Source: a virus. From it: a stretch of DNA of 64,000 nt. The notes beneath the pieces are model-generated. The model was not told the DNA's origin and made no database searches. It saw only the letters and a list, made by a program, of their open reading frames with translations. The translations under genes were made by a program, and so were the position numbers. The DNA lies in the IMG/VR virus record IMGVR_UViG_3300023181_000026, positions 32,001-96,000 of that record. One strand, 5' to 3'. Below are positions 19,363 to 30,303 of the stretch, one piece after another; within the stretch, counting starts at the first letter, position 1, and each line of letters starts with the position of its first letter.

Positions 19363-22300
19363 TTATGGATATAACCTTTCATTATTTTTAGTAAATTTCA
19401 TTACAGATTTTATTTGAGTATTTCCAGTTTTGTAGAACCTAACTAAAAACCAATTTCCTTTCATTCGTTCTGGTAGAGGTGATTTGTAGGTTATGTTTTC
19501 TATATTGACTTCTTTTTCTACGTCTACGTTATCTTTTAACCAGTTTACTATATTATTATTCTCAGAGTTTACTCTGTTATAAATATAATTTACATTGAAT
19601 ATATCATCATACTTTGTTACTAATATTTCTTGATTGTCGATATTAGTTTTTGGGTACTGTAGTTTCTGGTAAATGTTGTTTTTCTCTTCTTCTACAAGTT
19701 TTAATACTCCTGAGTTATTTGTCGCATTGTAAACAACCATAGAAGTAAATCCTATTTTTGGCAGAGGTGCACTGTCATACTCATTGTGATATCTTTCAGA
19801 ATCTAAAATGAATTGGACATTCTCTAAAGTTTTTTTATCAAGACTAGGTTTTGTAGGTAATTCTATTGTCCAATCAAACGCATCTCCATAGAAAACTCTA
19901 TATGACCTATTGGTTAATAGGTGTGACCAGATACCTTTATTGTCCCCATAATTTAACCCTGATTGAAAATAATCCTGATGTGCCACATAATAGTTAGGCT
20001 TAAAGCTATAGTAGCTTATCCATGATTCTGTCAGAGGTGAATACGCCATAGTCCAAGAAGCTTCCTCGAAATATTCTGTATCTGATAAGTCAACTGGAGT
20101 AAGTATGTCCTGCTGACTAGGCTCTACAGATATCGTACAAGTGCACAGTCCATTTTGAATACCACAATCTCCTATGCAAGGGAAAGGCGTAGTGCTCTCT
20201 ACACAATTACATGTTAATTCTCCATTGTCATTTTCTAAATAACAAGGTTGCTCACATTGTTCACACTTAGGCGCATTCTGAACTGAAAGTATAATATTAT
20301 TTATGTTAGGGTTTGTAAAAGCTACAGGAAAACCATTAACATCTGTCAAAGCTATATAAGGTATTGAATTTCCTGAGTAGCCTGTAAAGTTACCTCCTAT
20401 TAAAATTTCACCTTCTTGGTCAGTATCAAAATCAAATATTGTCCTGTCTACAATTGAACTTCCTCCTGTTATTACTTTATTGTTATTGAAAGAACTGTCT
20501 AAACTTCCGTCTGGGTTAAGCCTTACTATTCCTACGGCTGGTTGACCTTTGTAAGTTTCAAATCTTCCTGCTGCTAGTATCTTATCTCCTTGCATCTGAA
20601 CTCTATACAAGAAGAAATTAAATTCATCTTGTCCTGGGTAACCAAATCCTTCTCCAACATTAAAAGTTGTATCTAATTCTCCATTAGGAAAAAGCCTGAC
20701 TATCTTTTTAGATACTATGCCATTATACTGAACATTTCTATTTCCTATTATGTATCTCCCCTGAGAATCCACTTCTATTGATTCGCATCTTTGAGAGCCA
20801 TTAACCGTAGCTGCAAATCTAGTTCCTCCTCCAAAAGACGGATCGATCTGCCCATTAGGTAATAGCTTAAATAAACCTTTAGTGGGCTGTCCATTATATA
20901 GAGCATTTACAGTAGCTACTAATATTTTTTCATTCTCCACTATCCTTATGTCATAAGCTCCTTGAGATGAAAATCCCACTGTAGAGTCAAATGTAGCATC
21001 ATAATCTCCATTAGACGTTAACCTAACTATACCGTTTGCTGTATTTCCATTATACGAAGTGAATTGTCCTCCTACCATAATCCTACCGTCTTCATAAATA
21101 TCTATAGCATTTACAGACATTGAAGATATTGTATTTGAAAAACCTAATCCTATATCAAAAGTATTATCTATAGTTCCGTTGTAATTTATTCTAAACAGTC
21201 CATTTATAGTGTTTCCAGCTACTGTAGTGAAGTTACCTCCTATTAAGATTCTTCCTAGGCTATCTCTTTTAAAAGTGAGTATGCTGCCATTATTAACTGC
21301 GGGTGTTGCTACTTCTGAGTTAAACAATCTTTGATTTGGTGAAGTAAATACACCTCCTGCAAAATAACCCAAACTAGGTGGGCACGGTGCTATAGGTGTT
21401 GAATTTATTCTTTGGCAAACATTTAAGGCAGCGTTAAAAATATAACCTTCGGGACACACTTGAGTGGTTATTTCTTTCTCACACATTTGAGAAGTAGGGT
21501 TATAAATATAGCCTTCAGGACAAGTTATGATAGGTTCCGCTCCACATAAAGTTTCATTTTTAACATATCCTAACTCTTCATCATATTGTATGCAAGGTGT
21601 GGGAATATAGTCTTTTTTAGTTAAGAATACTCTTTTATACTTAGAATCCCAAACCATTGCCAAGCCAATTCCATTGCTTGCATTGTCTATTTCCGAATTT
21701 GGAATAGATTTTAACATTTTAAATGGAAGTTGTTCTTTAAACCATCTTGTTTTACCTTCTGTTATATCTTTTAATTGTTCTCCATTTTGATCTAGTTGAA
21801 ATACCTGCCCTCTCTTAGCGTCTGCCCAAAAATGACCGAATTCACTGCTTACCATTGATACATGTTGTGTACCTGAATACCCTAATCCTGTTCTTTTAAA
21901 TTCTATAGGTCTCTTAGCAAATATACCTCCCGTTCCTAACTCAACTGTTTCGGGGGTAATTCTTTCCGCTAAAACATCAATTGAATTATATCTTAACATT
22001 CCATTTTCAAACCTACCTATAATTTGAGCTGATTCTATATCTGCTAAATCTACTAAGCGTCCTAATTCTGCTTTGAAATTATAAAAATCTAAAGGTCTGT
22101 ATCCCAGCCAAGGTTCAAATCTATCAATATCTGAATTGTCAGGGAGTGACCAAAATGTATTATTGGGTTGATAGGTTATTTTTCTGAAATAATCTGTATC
22201 ATAATCTACGGGTAGGCTTCTGTTACCTATTTGAGTTGTTTTTTTAGAATATATAAAATTATAGAAAAATGTGTTATCTTGTCTTATGGGTACATTTTTT

Positions 22301-25300
22301 TCTTGTGTCCAGTTTATAAAATCTTCTGTATTAGGGTAGAAGTTATTTTCTTGCCCTTCTCTTGCATATCTATAATTATTATTTATCTCTGACTCTACTA
22401 GAAAATAAGGTATTCCATAATAAGCTGTATAAAACTTAGAAGGGTTTTTTACATATGTTTTATTAGATCCTGTTAAACAATCAAAATTATAATCTGTATT
22501 TATATTTGGAAACAATGCTGCACCTATCCCTCCTCCATCTCTTGTAGCATAAAAATCAGCATAAAATCTGGGTACACCTACATTAGCTTCTATACTATAA
22601 TTAAATGGGGTTCTGTCAGCTAATCCTATAGCTGTTGTTTTAAATATAGGGTGTTTTATCTTTTTGGCAAACCTACTTATGAAAATATCTCCGCCAAATA
22701 TTTGAGGGAATGATTTAGGAGAAGTTAAGTCTCCTGTGTATCCTGTATTTATCCACTTTACATCATTTATTCCGCCATATTGATCTACTATGTAATTCTT
22801 TATAGAAAAATAAGCACTTGCTATCTGTCTCTCTAAAGTTGAGGATACGTTTACATTTTCACAGCCGACTGATTCAGAGGCAATAGTTCTACTATTATCA
22901 AACTGAGAAAAATAAGAAGGATAAATTACAGGATAGTCTTCCCCTGTTGAAATAAACACTGATGATTCTCTATCTCTATTATTTATCTTTACAGTTTCAC
23001 CTGTTGTTTCTTCTGTAAATTGGTAATTAGCTGGTTTTAAATACTTACTTGTTTTTATTGCCCGCATACTTTGACCTACCACTGTATTAGCAATAGCGTA
23101 GTTATACTTTCCAACAGATGTAAGATAAGACGCAAAGTTTTTAGGTTGTCCTAGACCATCTATAATGTCAAGCCATTGCTTTCTATATTGCCCCACAGTT
23201 AGAAATCCATTTAAAGCTGTAGCTGCTCCAAAAGCTACTGCTGCTAGAGTAGATGCACCTGCGGCATTATTTGTTCCTCCTCCTGTTGCTGTTCCTCCTA
23301 TTACTATTACAAACTGATTACCTGCTGCTAAAATAAAATCAGATACTTTCAGAGCTGTTTCTAAAGCGACTTCTGCTAGGGCTAAAGTTGTAGCTAAAGT
23401 GTAAGCATCATCTCCTAACACAACCTCTTTAACATGGTCTTCTACGTTTACAAAATTTCCTTGCATATGCCCAAATTGATAAGCTTCTATTTTAAGCTCT
23501 GTTGGTAAAGTAGGTTTTGTAAAACTTGTCTCTGGAGAATGAAAAGTATAGTTATTATTAGAGGTTCCCTGATTAGGATGTTGAATAAAAGAATTCCTAT
23601 TTATATCCGTATAAAGAAGTATATTCTCATGGTTATCATTATAAGGGAAATTAGGAAATAGCACAGGAGATGGATTAGTGGCTCCTGGTTCTGTATAAGA
23701 GAACATGTCATTAGCCAATCCCTTTGCTATAATAGACTTATTTAAAGTTCTATCACCTGCTTTTATTTTATAGCCTACAACCAAGTCTCTTTGCTGTTGT
23801 GTCATTAATCCGCTATCTACAGCAACATTTAAAAAATACTGTATAAGCTCTTCATCTAAACTTACACCTATAGGGTATATAATAGAATCCGAAAACGGGG
23901 TTAATTGTTCTGTACTCATAAAAGGGGATACAGAAAAATCAGGAAATTTATAATGTCTTATAGGTTGACATACAAAATTTGCACTTAATTGTCCATCACT
24001 TATATAATATTCTCTAAATTCATTTCTGTATTGCACAGGAATTTCACTCTCATTTATTATAAGAGAATTAGAGTTATATAGTTGTGGATTATCAGGATAT
24101 GTTCTACTGGATTCTGTATAACCAAATTTTCCGTATTTATAAGGAAGTGGGTCACAATTGTTATTTATAGGCACTCTATATTCACATGTTGCTATAAAAT
24201 CTTCTCTCTTAGAAAACACTGCATTTGTAATTTCTACTGTTTTTGACGCACAGTTATAGTTTCTAGCTGTAACAGAAAAACAACCACAAGGAGGTGATAT
24301 AATATATCTAGTACCCTCTACGGTCACTTTAGTTTTTAAAGGGCTGTCAATGGCTATATAGGCTGTTCCTGACGGGTAGTCTGCTTTATCTAATTCCACT
24401 ATCATACCCATAGCTAAATTTACTACGCCACTTTGAATATATGCGGTATCCGAACAAGAATTAAAAGTTGTGAATCTAACTCCATCGTTACTTGAAATAT
24501 CATCATTGGCATCACACTCTGATTTCCCAGTTACTTCGAATGCCATTTTATCTTGATCTCCAAAAAGTACTTTATACCACAATGATCTAGTATGTATAAA
24601 TGAAGTAAAGTCGCCTGATGCTAGAGACGTTTTATTTGTTTGAAGTTCTGCTACTGTTAATGCACCATCATACTGAAGAAATATTGAAGGATTTGGTAAG
24701 CCTTCTACGTAAGTTGTAGTAAGAGCATATTGACATAATGTATTAGAAGTAGTATCATTTCTCTTATAAACTTGTTCTCCAACAGGCATGTAAGCTTCTT
24801 CAAAAGCAGTGTCATTTTCATAGCCATCTTCATTTGTACCTGCTTTGTACATGTTACATAGGCTAGGTGGAGGGGTTGGCTCTAAAGAGCTTGTTTCCTC
24901 ATATTCTACTTCTATAAGTTCTGCTTCTACTGAATCTAAATATACCTCCGTAGACCCATCAATAAGAGTAGGTGTTCCACAATTTTCTTCAAATAATGCC
25001 TCTACATCACAATTTTGTCCAGAATATGTATCTGAAAGTATAGTACATAATTCTGAATTGTAAAGTATGCTTTGGCTATTACATATTTCATCTCTATTAT
25101 TTGCTATGTAATTAAAAAAATTGGTATAAGTGAAATCACACGGTAGAGTTAAAGTTAAGTTAGATAAATTTTCAACGGATTCAACTACACAACTTCTTTT
25201 TGTTTCTCTTTCTACAGTATTGTAATTATCTAGTTCTTCTGAGCCCCAAAATCCTAAGTCTTGCGCAGTGTTATAATATTGAAATCTTTTGGTTCTGTCT

Positions 25301-26697
25301 GCATCTGAGCAATTACTGCCGTAAGTATTTATAGATTGCGTATCTGTGTTATTTACTTCTTCTAGTTCAAAGCTGGTAGGCGGCCTATTTATAAGAGGAA
25401 AATCTGCGGATGTACCTCCATTACTGTAAAGAAGTTGTATTGAAAAAGGGTATACTTCGTCTCTTAAATAAGATTTATAAATAGAACTATTAACTCCATC
25501 TTTATATAAATCCTCTTTTGCTTCAACTGTAATCCATCTTAAAAATCCACCTAAAAGATTAGCACATGGTTGGAAATTTATCTCTTCCTGTTCTTTTGTT
25601 CCGTGCCAATAAAGTAAACCATTTGAAGATGTTAAGCCATCTGCTCTATCATATACTTTTTTGTATATTGAAAGTTTCTGTAGGCTTATAGCTCTTAGGT
25701 TATTAAGACTAGTGATTATAATTTCATTATCTGAGGTAGGCCTTACCTCACCTTCATAGTAGTTAACCCCACTAATACCTCCAGAATATATTATAGCTAT
25801 TTTATAATAAGGATAATCCCTATCTAGATTTTCTATATTTAATTTTATACCAAAATTAGTCTCATATTCAAGTTCAGGTTGTGAAATTATAGTATTATTT
25901 TCGTCAAATATAGCTATAGGATTCGTATTATTATAATAAGAACTTAATTCATTTCCATTTATATCTGAATAAGCTATTAGTACTTCATATTCTCCTGCTT
26001 TTAATCTTCCGCCTTGTTGAATAGAAGTTGGTATAACTATAGGTTGATTAAAGTCCTTTGACACTTTTAACTTTTCGCAATCTAAGCAAGTTGGAGTAGT
26101 ATTATCTTCTCCACAAGAATCTAAACCTGTTACTTTGTATTGGTCTAGTTCATCAACTTGTAAATAACGCATTGTATTTCTCCCATCAGTCCACCATAAT
26201 GTGGTTCCACTAAATTCATACTTTACGATTATTTTTCTTATCGGATATTGTGTGGAAAAGTTTAAACAAAGATTGCAGCTATCATTAAGTAGTGTTGTGT
26301 AAGTACAAGTTGGAGTCTGCACTTGCCCTTCTAATGGTTCAGCTAATAAATTCTTAATATTGCAATTACATTCAGATTCTATATCATCGGCATTGATAAC
26401 ATTATTTATATTATCAATATATCCTATCTCAGAAACTTTTGTAAGAGGGTTAGTTAGAAAAAAATAAGTTCTATTGGAATTAACTTCATATTTTTCTCCT
26501 ATAATAACAAATCCCTGCGGAAAATTGTTACAAAGAATATTTGAAGGTTCGTCCTGTAATAAAAACGTATCTCCCACATCAGAAGCTATATTACTGTTGA
26601 GGGAGAAAGTATATTCTGTCTCAGTTAAATCTATTGGAGACTTGTCAGTGTTCATACCTTTTCTTGGTGAAGAGATACTAATATTTTTTTCAGGCAT
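19363..26697 (-). CDS. Tail stabilisation/'muzzle' protein (2444 aa) with inserted delta-60-like propeller repeats and Cys-rich repeats
   Basis: N-terminal KGMNTD...YTFSLN and C-terminal WISYYSFKP motifs resemble crAss-like stabilisation proteins; follows the ring-protein genes; repeats of the type GRILIGGNF...LFRINYNGTIDNTF. Confidence 0.75.
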   Translation of the reverse strand: MPEKNISISSPRKGMNTDKSPIDLTETEYTFSLNSNIASDVGDTFLLQDEPSNILCNNFPQGFVIIGEKYEVNSNRTYFFLTNPLTKVSEIGYIDNINNVINADDIESECNCNIKNLLAEPLEGQVQTPTCTYTTLLNDSCNLCLNFSTQYPIRKIIVKYEFSGTTLWWTDGRNTMRYLQVDELDQYKVTGLDSCGEDNTTPTCLDCEKLKVSKDFNQPIVIPTSIQQGGRLKAGEYEVLIAYSDINGNELSSYYNNTNPIAIFDENNTIISQPELEYETNFGIKLNIENLDRDYPYYKIAIIYSGGISGVNYYEGEVRPTSDNEIIITSLNNLRAISLQKLSIYKKVYDRADGLTSSNGLLYWHGTKEQEEINFQPCANLLGGFLRWITVEAKEDLYKDGVNSSIYKSYLRDEVYPFSIQLLYSNGGTSADFPLINRPPTSFELEEVNNTDTQSINTYGSNCSDADRTKRFQYYNTAQDLGFWGSEELDNYNTVERETKRSCVVESVENLSNLTLTLPCDFTYTNFFNYIANNRDEICNSQSILYNSELCTILSDTYSGQNCDVEALFEENCGTPTLIDGSTEVYLDSVEAELIEVEYEETSSLEPTPPPSLCNMYKAGTNEDGYENDTAFEEAYMPVGEQVYKRNDTTSNTLCQYALTTTYVEGLPNPSIFLQYDGALTVAELQTNKTSLASGDFTSFIHTRSLWYKVLFGDQDKMAFEVTGKSECDANDDISSNDGVRFTTFNSCSDTAYIQSGVVNLAMGMIVELDKADYPSGTAYIAIDSPLKTKVTVEGTRYIISPPCGCFSVTARNYNCASKTVEITNAVFSKREDFIATCEYRVPINNNCDPLPYKYGKFGYTESSRTYPDNPQLYNSNSLIINESEIPVQYRNEFREYYISDGQLSANFVCQPIRHYKFPDFSVSPFMSTEQLTPFSDSIIYPIGVSLDEELIQYFLNVAVDSGLMTQQQRDLVVGYKIKAGDRTLNKSIIAKGLANDMFSYTEPGATNPSPVLFPNFPYNDNHENILLYTDINRNSFIQHPNQGTSNNNYTFHSPETSFTKPTLPTELKIEAYQFGHMQGNFVNVEDHVKEVVLGDDAYTLATTLALAEVALETALKVSDFILAAGNQFVIVIGGTATGGGTNNAAGASTLAAVAFGAATALNGFLTVGQYRKQWLDIIDGLGQPKNFASYLTSVGKYNYAIANTVVGQSMRAIKTSKYLKPANYQFTEETTGETVKINNRDRESSVFISTGEDYPVIYPSYFSQFDNSRTIASESVGCENVNVSSTLERQIASAYFSIKNYIVDQYGGINDVKWINTGYTGDLTSPKSFPQIFGGDIFISRFAKKIKHPIFKTTAIGLADRTPFNYSIEANVGVPRFYADFYATRDGGGIGAALFPNINTDYNFDCLTGSNKTYVKNPSKFYTAYYGIPYFLVESEINNNYRYAREGQENNFYPNTEDFINWTQEKNVPIRQDNTFFYNFIYSKKTTQIGNRSLPVDYDTDYFRKITYQPNNTFWSLPDNSDIDRFEPWLGYRPLDFYNFKAELGRLVDLADIESAQIIGRFENGMLRYNSIDVLAERITPETVELGTGGIFAKRPIEFKRTGLGYSGTQHVSMVSSEFGHFWADAKRGQVFQLDQNGEQLKDITEGKTRWFKEQLPFKMLKSIPNSEIDNASNGIGLAMVWDSKYKRVFLTKKDYIPTPCIQYDEELGYVKNETLCGAEPIITCPEGYIYNPTSQMCEKEITTQVCPEGYIFNAALNVCQRINSTPIAPCPPSLGYFAGGVFTSPNQRLFNSEVATPAVNNGSILTFKRDSLGRILIGGNFTTVAGNTINGLFRINYNGTIDNTFDIGLGFSNTISSMSVNAIDIYEDGRIMVGGQFTSYNGNTANGIVRLTSNGDYDATFDSTVGFSSQGAYDIRIVENEKILVATVNALYNGQPTKGLFKLLPNGQIDPSFGGGTRFAATVNGSQRCESIEVDSQGRYIIGNRNVQYNGIVSKKIVRLFPNGELDTTFNVGEGFGYPGQDEFNFFLYRVQMQGDKILAAGRFETYKGQPAVGIVRLNPDGSLDSSFNNNKVITGGSSIVDRTIFDFDTDQEGEILIGGNFTGYSGNSIPYIALTDVNGFPVAFTNPNINNIILSVQNAPKCEQCEQPCYLENDNGELTCNCVESTTPFPCIGDCGIQNGLCTCTISVEPSQQDILTPVDLSDTEYFEEASWTMAYSPLTESWISYYSFKPNYYVAHQDYFQSGLNYGDNKGIWSHLLTNRSYRVFYGDAFDWTIELPTKPSLDKKTLENVQFILDSERYHNEYDSAPLPKIGFTSMVVYNATNNSGVLKLVEEEKNNIYQKLQYPKTNIDNQEILVTKYDDIFNVNYIYNRVNSENNNIVNWLKDNVDVEKEVNIENITYKSPLPERMKGNWFLVRFYKTGNTQIKSVMKFTKNNERLYP

Positions 26698-27560
26698 TAT
26701 AGCATAGGTATTTCAAAGACTCTTGTTCTTCTCTTGTTAAGTCTCTCTATATTTTTGAATCCTCCTAAAGTAAGAGTAGAGGCTTTTATATCAGTTAAAG
26801 CTAAAGAAAATTCGGCGTTTTCCTGATTTAAAGTATATTGGATTTTGTTTTGTAAATTTTCATCATCACCATTAAGCCACGCGTCTTCTAATATCTTTCT
26901 TTTAACATGATAGGTTAAGTATGTCTCTAATCTTTCTTGTGGGCTTTCTGGTATGTATAGCTTACCTTCTTCATCCGTTTCGAATCCATAATATCTTATG
27001 AATATTTCGCCATCTGGAAAATTTTGAGAGGTATGAAGGATATTACCTTGTATACTTATTTCATAAGGACTTTCAGCATAGATGTTTTTACAATTTCTTG
27101 TATAACTGTCTTTTGAAGTATGTCGTTTTAGTTTTAATATTGTGGGGTTTTTATAATGTAGATTTACAGTTCTGTCACTATAATATATTTTTTCAACTAT
27201 TGTTTTTTCAGAATACTCTTTTTCACAATCTGCGCAAACATTCCAACTATCTATTTTTTCAACTCTTTCTTTCCAAAATAAAGCTTTCTGTAGAACATCG
27301 GTGGACAAATCTGTATGTATATGTGATTTATCTACTTTTATTGCTAAATCTAAGCTGTCAAAATTTCTTGGTAGCCACGCTCTTCCATTCTCTACTGTAA
27401 TAAGTGTTTCTTGTTTGGTAGTTATTAGATTTCCAAATCTTCTCAAAGCTTTATAAACCCAATCTGTTATAGAGGTATCATCTATAAGAGCTGCTGTATC
27501 GTATTGTTTAAAACTACTCTTTATCTCTGCTATAAAGCTGTCTATATGGATTGATTTCAT
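26697..27560 (-). CDS. Tail ring/adaptor protein (crAss-like)
   Basis: Synteny; IFIRYYGFETDEEGKLYIPE resembles crAss-like ring proteins. Confidence 0.6.
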   Translation of the reverse strand: MKSIHIDSFIAEIKSSFKQYDTAALIDDTSITDWVYKALRRFGNLITTKQETLITVENGRAWLPRNFDSLDLAIKVDKSHIHTDLSTDVLQKALFWKERVEKIDSWNVCADCEKEYSEKTIVEKIYYSDRTVNLHYKNPTILKLKRHTSKDSYTRNCKNIYAESPYEISIQGNILHTSQNFPDGEIFIRYYGFETDEEGKLYIPESPQERLETYLTYHVKRKILEDAWLNGDDENLQNKIQYTLNQENAEFSLALTDIKASTLTLGGFKNIERLNKRRTRVFEIPML

Positions 27561-28054
27561 TTGTAAATATTTTTGACTTCTTTATAGTATAGCTTTTTAC
27601 CTCTTCTATTCAATCTAAAATCTTCTGTTATAGGTCTGTAAAAGCTTCTATCCATGTACCAGCCTTTTAATTTATTTTGTGCAAAAATATCAGTAAACAT
27701 AAAAGGATAGAAATTATAATACTCTGTTTCATGGAAGGGTCTTATTATGTTATCGGGAGTTCTTATGATTTCATTAAACCTTCTAAACATTGGCATATAA
27801 AAAGCAAAATAACCTATTCCCTCTAAGACCACTCCTCCATCTCTTTCTATTAATAACTTTCCCGCAACTTCAAATATCTTATTAACTGCTTCCTGAATTT
27901 CAGGTACAGTTTTTATTATATGTAGTTTTGTTTTCCTTTTTATCCAAGCTTTATAAGAATTATTAAAAGCAGTATTATTGAAATTTTTAGGTGTTACTAA
28001 TTTTCTGCAAGTAGGTTTTATATCTTCTACTTTACTTTTTACTTTATAAATCAT
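27557..28054 (-). CDS. IHF/HU-like basic protein
   Basis: Basic protein; GVVLEGIGYF matches the IHF/HU V-x-L-x-G-F-G-x-F motif; crAss-like phages carry IHF homologues at this position. Confidence 0.55.
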   Translation of the reverse strand: MIYKVKSKVEDIKPTCRKLVTPKNFNNTAFNNSYKAWIKRKTKLHIIKTVPEIQEAVNKIFEVAGKLLIERDGGVVLEGIGYFAFYMPMFRRFNEIIRTPDNIIRPFHETEYYNFYPFMFTDIFAQNKLKGWYMDRSFYRPITEDFRLNRRGKKLYYKEVKNIYK

Positions 28055-28752
28055 TGAATAGTAGCAGATTTTTGATTTGAATCTTTATTTGGGTTTTCAT
28101 CTGTAGGTATAGTAATTACCGTTCCTGCTAACTCTTGTATTACCTCTCTCACTGCATATTCGGCAAGTTTATCACTATTTACTAATGGATAATCCCAATA
28201 ACTTTTACAGCACTCTTCTTTTGAACAAGTTGATATGTCTTTTATCTTCTCAACTTCTAAAGTTAGCAAGTCTACATTTATTGCATAAACTTCATGATCA
28301 GGAATATATAACTTATTACCTCTTCTATAGTATTTAAGAGGACTAAGATGAGCATATCTTCTTTTTGAATTTAATATATAATCTCTTGTGGACATTGGAG
28401 TGAAAAGCTGTTGTCCATCTATAGAGGTTACATTTAATATATTATTGAAGAATTTTGAATCAACTGTTGATGGTAATTCTTCTTTTGTCACCATTAAAGT
28501 TTTACAGGTTCTGAATTCAACTATGTCGCATTTCACAGATTCAATCTTTTCTAATTCTAAACATGGAATGTGACTGAACAGCTCATTCTCCCTATAAAGT
28601 GAGTTGCGCTCCCCTAATTTTTGAGATAATAGAAATTTAACTTTATCTTCTAAAATTCCAAGTATAGCTCTTCTACTATAATAAGAGTCTTTATTTAAAA
28701 ACTTTAATTCATTGCTAACTCTTGAAACTTCTCTGGCTCTAGTATTCTCCAT
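28051..28752 (-). CDS. Tail ring/tubular protein (crAss-like)
   Basis: Synteny; SKRRY...YY..GNKLYIP pattern and Cys-containing C-terminal part. Confidence 0.6.
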   Translation of the reverse strand: MENTRAREVSRVSNELKFLNKDSYYSRRAILGILEDKVKFLLSQKLGERNSLYRENELFSHIPCLELEKIESVKCDIVEFRTCKTLMVTKEELPSTVDSKFFNNILNVTSIDGQQLFTPMSTRDYILNSKRRYAHLSPLKYYRRGNKLYIPDHEVYAINVDLLTLEVEKIKDISTCSKEECCKSYWDYPLVNSDKLAEYAVREVIQELAGTVITIPTDENPNKDSNQKSATIQ

Positions 28753-28756
28753 GATA

Positions 28757-28799
28757 CAAAAGTATGTATTATAATATTATTTATCAAAAAGTTAAGAAT
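28757..28799 (-). promoter_or_regulatory. Bacteroidota sigma-type promoter with upstream ATTCTTAAC element
   Basis: TACTTTTG at 28764-28757, TTTG at 28788-28785 (20-nt spacer), ATTCTTAAC at 28799-28791. Confidence 0.8.
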
Positions 28800-28809
28800 G
28801 GATATTATT

Positions 28810-28837
28810 AAAAAAGGCGGAAGATTGCTCAACCGCC
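28810..28837 (-). terminator. Rho-independent terminator
   Basis: Minus strand GGCGG-N12-CCGCC followed by a T-run, downstream of the 28871..30301 gene. Confidence 0.7.
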
Positions 28838-28870
28838 AATTCAAAGAAAAATAAGGGAAACCAAAAACCC

Positions 28871-30301
28871 TTAAGTTGCTGCTGGTATAAATACTAGAGT
28901 ACCCATAGAAGCTGTTATTTCATTGCTGGCTGCACTTGTACCTAAAAGCGATATAGTCATATTATTATTAAAATTCACTCCTGCACTATAAGTAGCTACA
29001 TAGACATTTGATTGAGCTCCTGCATTAAAGGTCATCATAATTTTTGCAAATACTTGATCTGTTCTTATGATTTGACCGCTTATAGCAAAGCTACCATTAT
29101 TTGAAGTACTAAAAGTAAAACTACTACTTCCAAATTGTACTCCTATCTGTTTGGTTACTCCTGGTGATTGTATTGAACCTGCAAATTTAAATTCCATTTT
29201 ATCACCGTTAGTTATAGCTGTTAAAGCTGGTATAACCATCTGATAAAGTGTAGTCTGAGTAGAGCCGCTATTTGAAGCATCTATAAAATTTTCTTGAAGT
29301 GCTCTTGCACCTCCTCCGCTTGCTGCTGCTGTTACTCTTCCTTTACTGTCAACTGTAATATTAGCACTTATATAACTTCCTGCTGTAACCGCTGTATTTG
29401 ATAAGGTAGTGGCGTTTCCTACAGAAGTTATGTCTCCTGTTAGATTAGGAATTGTTGTAACTGTTGCAGAATTTCCTGTAGTGTCTTGATTTAAGGTGGG
29501 AAAATCAGTTAAACTCGCTGCACTTCCTGTCGGGGTAAGATAATCTGTCCCTGCAATAGCTGCTGTTAAATCTCCTGACCCATTGGCTTTTAAGATGCTA
29601 TTTATAACTGAACTCTGCCTTATTATTCCATTTACATCTAAAGGTCTTATAGGTTGATTAACACCTATTCCTATATTTCCTGTCCTGTGTATACTAACTG
29701 TTTTATTACCTCCTGCATCTGTATTTGAGTTTGACAAGAAGAATGGTGTCGTAGAAGGAGAAATATATGTTACATAAGCTGTTCCATTCCAAACCCAAAG
29801 AGAGTTATTAACTACACTGGTATAAACTATATCGTCATCTTGAGGAGTATTTGGAGTAAACACCGTTCCTCCTGTGTTAGGGTTGGCAGTGTTGAAAGTT
29901 ACTATTGTCTGATTAGTCTCTGTAAATATTCTTTGTGCTAGCCAATCTTCGTCAACAGTAAAACCTAAACTTGTAGAAGTGCTGGAGACATTTATAGAAT
30001 CAGTGTCTACTAAGCTCTTAATCTGTTTTTGTCCTATATTATTGTCTCCCGCATAAATAATTTCTCCTGCTCCTACATTTACAAGGCTAGAAGAACTTCC
30101 CCCTGAACCTGACTGATTTTTTAATTCGCATACTACATCGTCAATAGCTTCCAAAGTTTGAGTTAAAGGTGTATTTGAATTTACAGAGATACAATTTAAA
30201 TCTATTCCGTCATAAACTATATTATCAGTGCTTACATCTCTGAAACAGTTAGATTTCTTTTTACAAGAACATTCTATTGGTTGGTTACATTTATTACACA
30301 T
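28871..30301 (-). CDS. Tail fibre-like protein with Cys-rich N-terminus
   Basis: MCNKCNQPIECSC start; Thr/Gly/Ala-rich fibre motifs (VTAGSYISANITVDSKGRVTAA). Confidence 0.65.
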   Translation of the reverse strand: MCNKCNQPIECSCKKKSNCFRDVSTDNIVYDGIDLNCISVNSNTPLTQTLEAIDDVVCELKNQSGSGGSSSSLVNVGAGEIIYAGDNNIGQKQIKSLVDTDSINVSSTSTSLGFTVDEDWLAQRIFTETNQTIVTFNTANPNTGGTVFTPNTPQDDDIVYTSVVNNSLWVWNGTAYVTYISPSTTPFFLSNSNTDAGGNKTVSIHRTGNIGIGVNQPIRPLDVNGIIRQSSVINSILKANGSGDLTAAIAGTDYLTPTGSAASLTDFPTLNQDTTGNSATVTTIPNLTGDITSVGNATTLSNTAVTAGSYISANITVDSKGRVTAAASGGGARALQENFIDASNSGSTQTTLYQMVIPALTAITNGDKMEFKFAGSIQSPGVTKQIGVQFGSSSFTFSTSNNGSFAISGQIIRTDQVFAKIMMTFNAGAQSNVYVATYSAGVNFNNNMTISLLGTSAASNEITASMGTLVFIPAAT

Positions 30302-30303
30302 AA

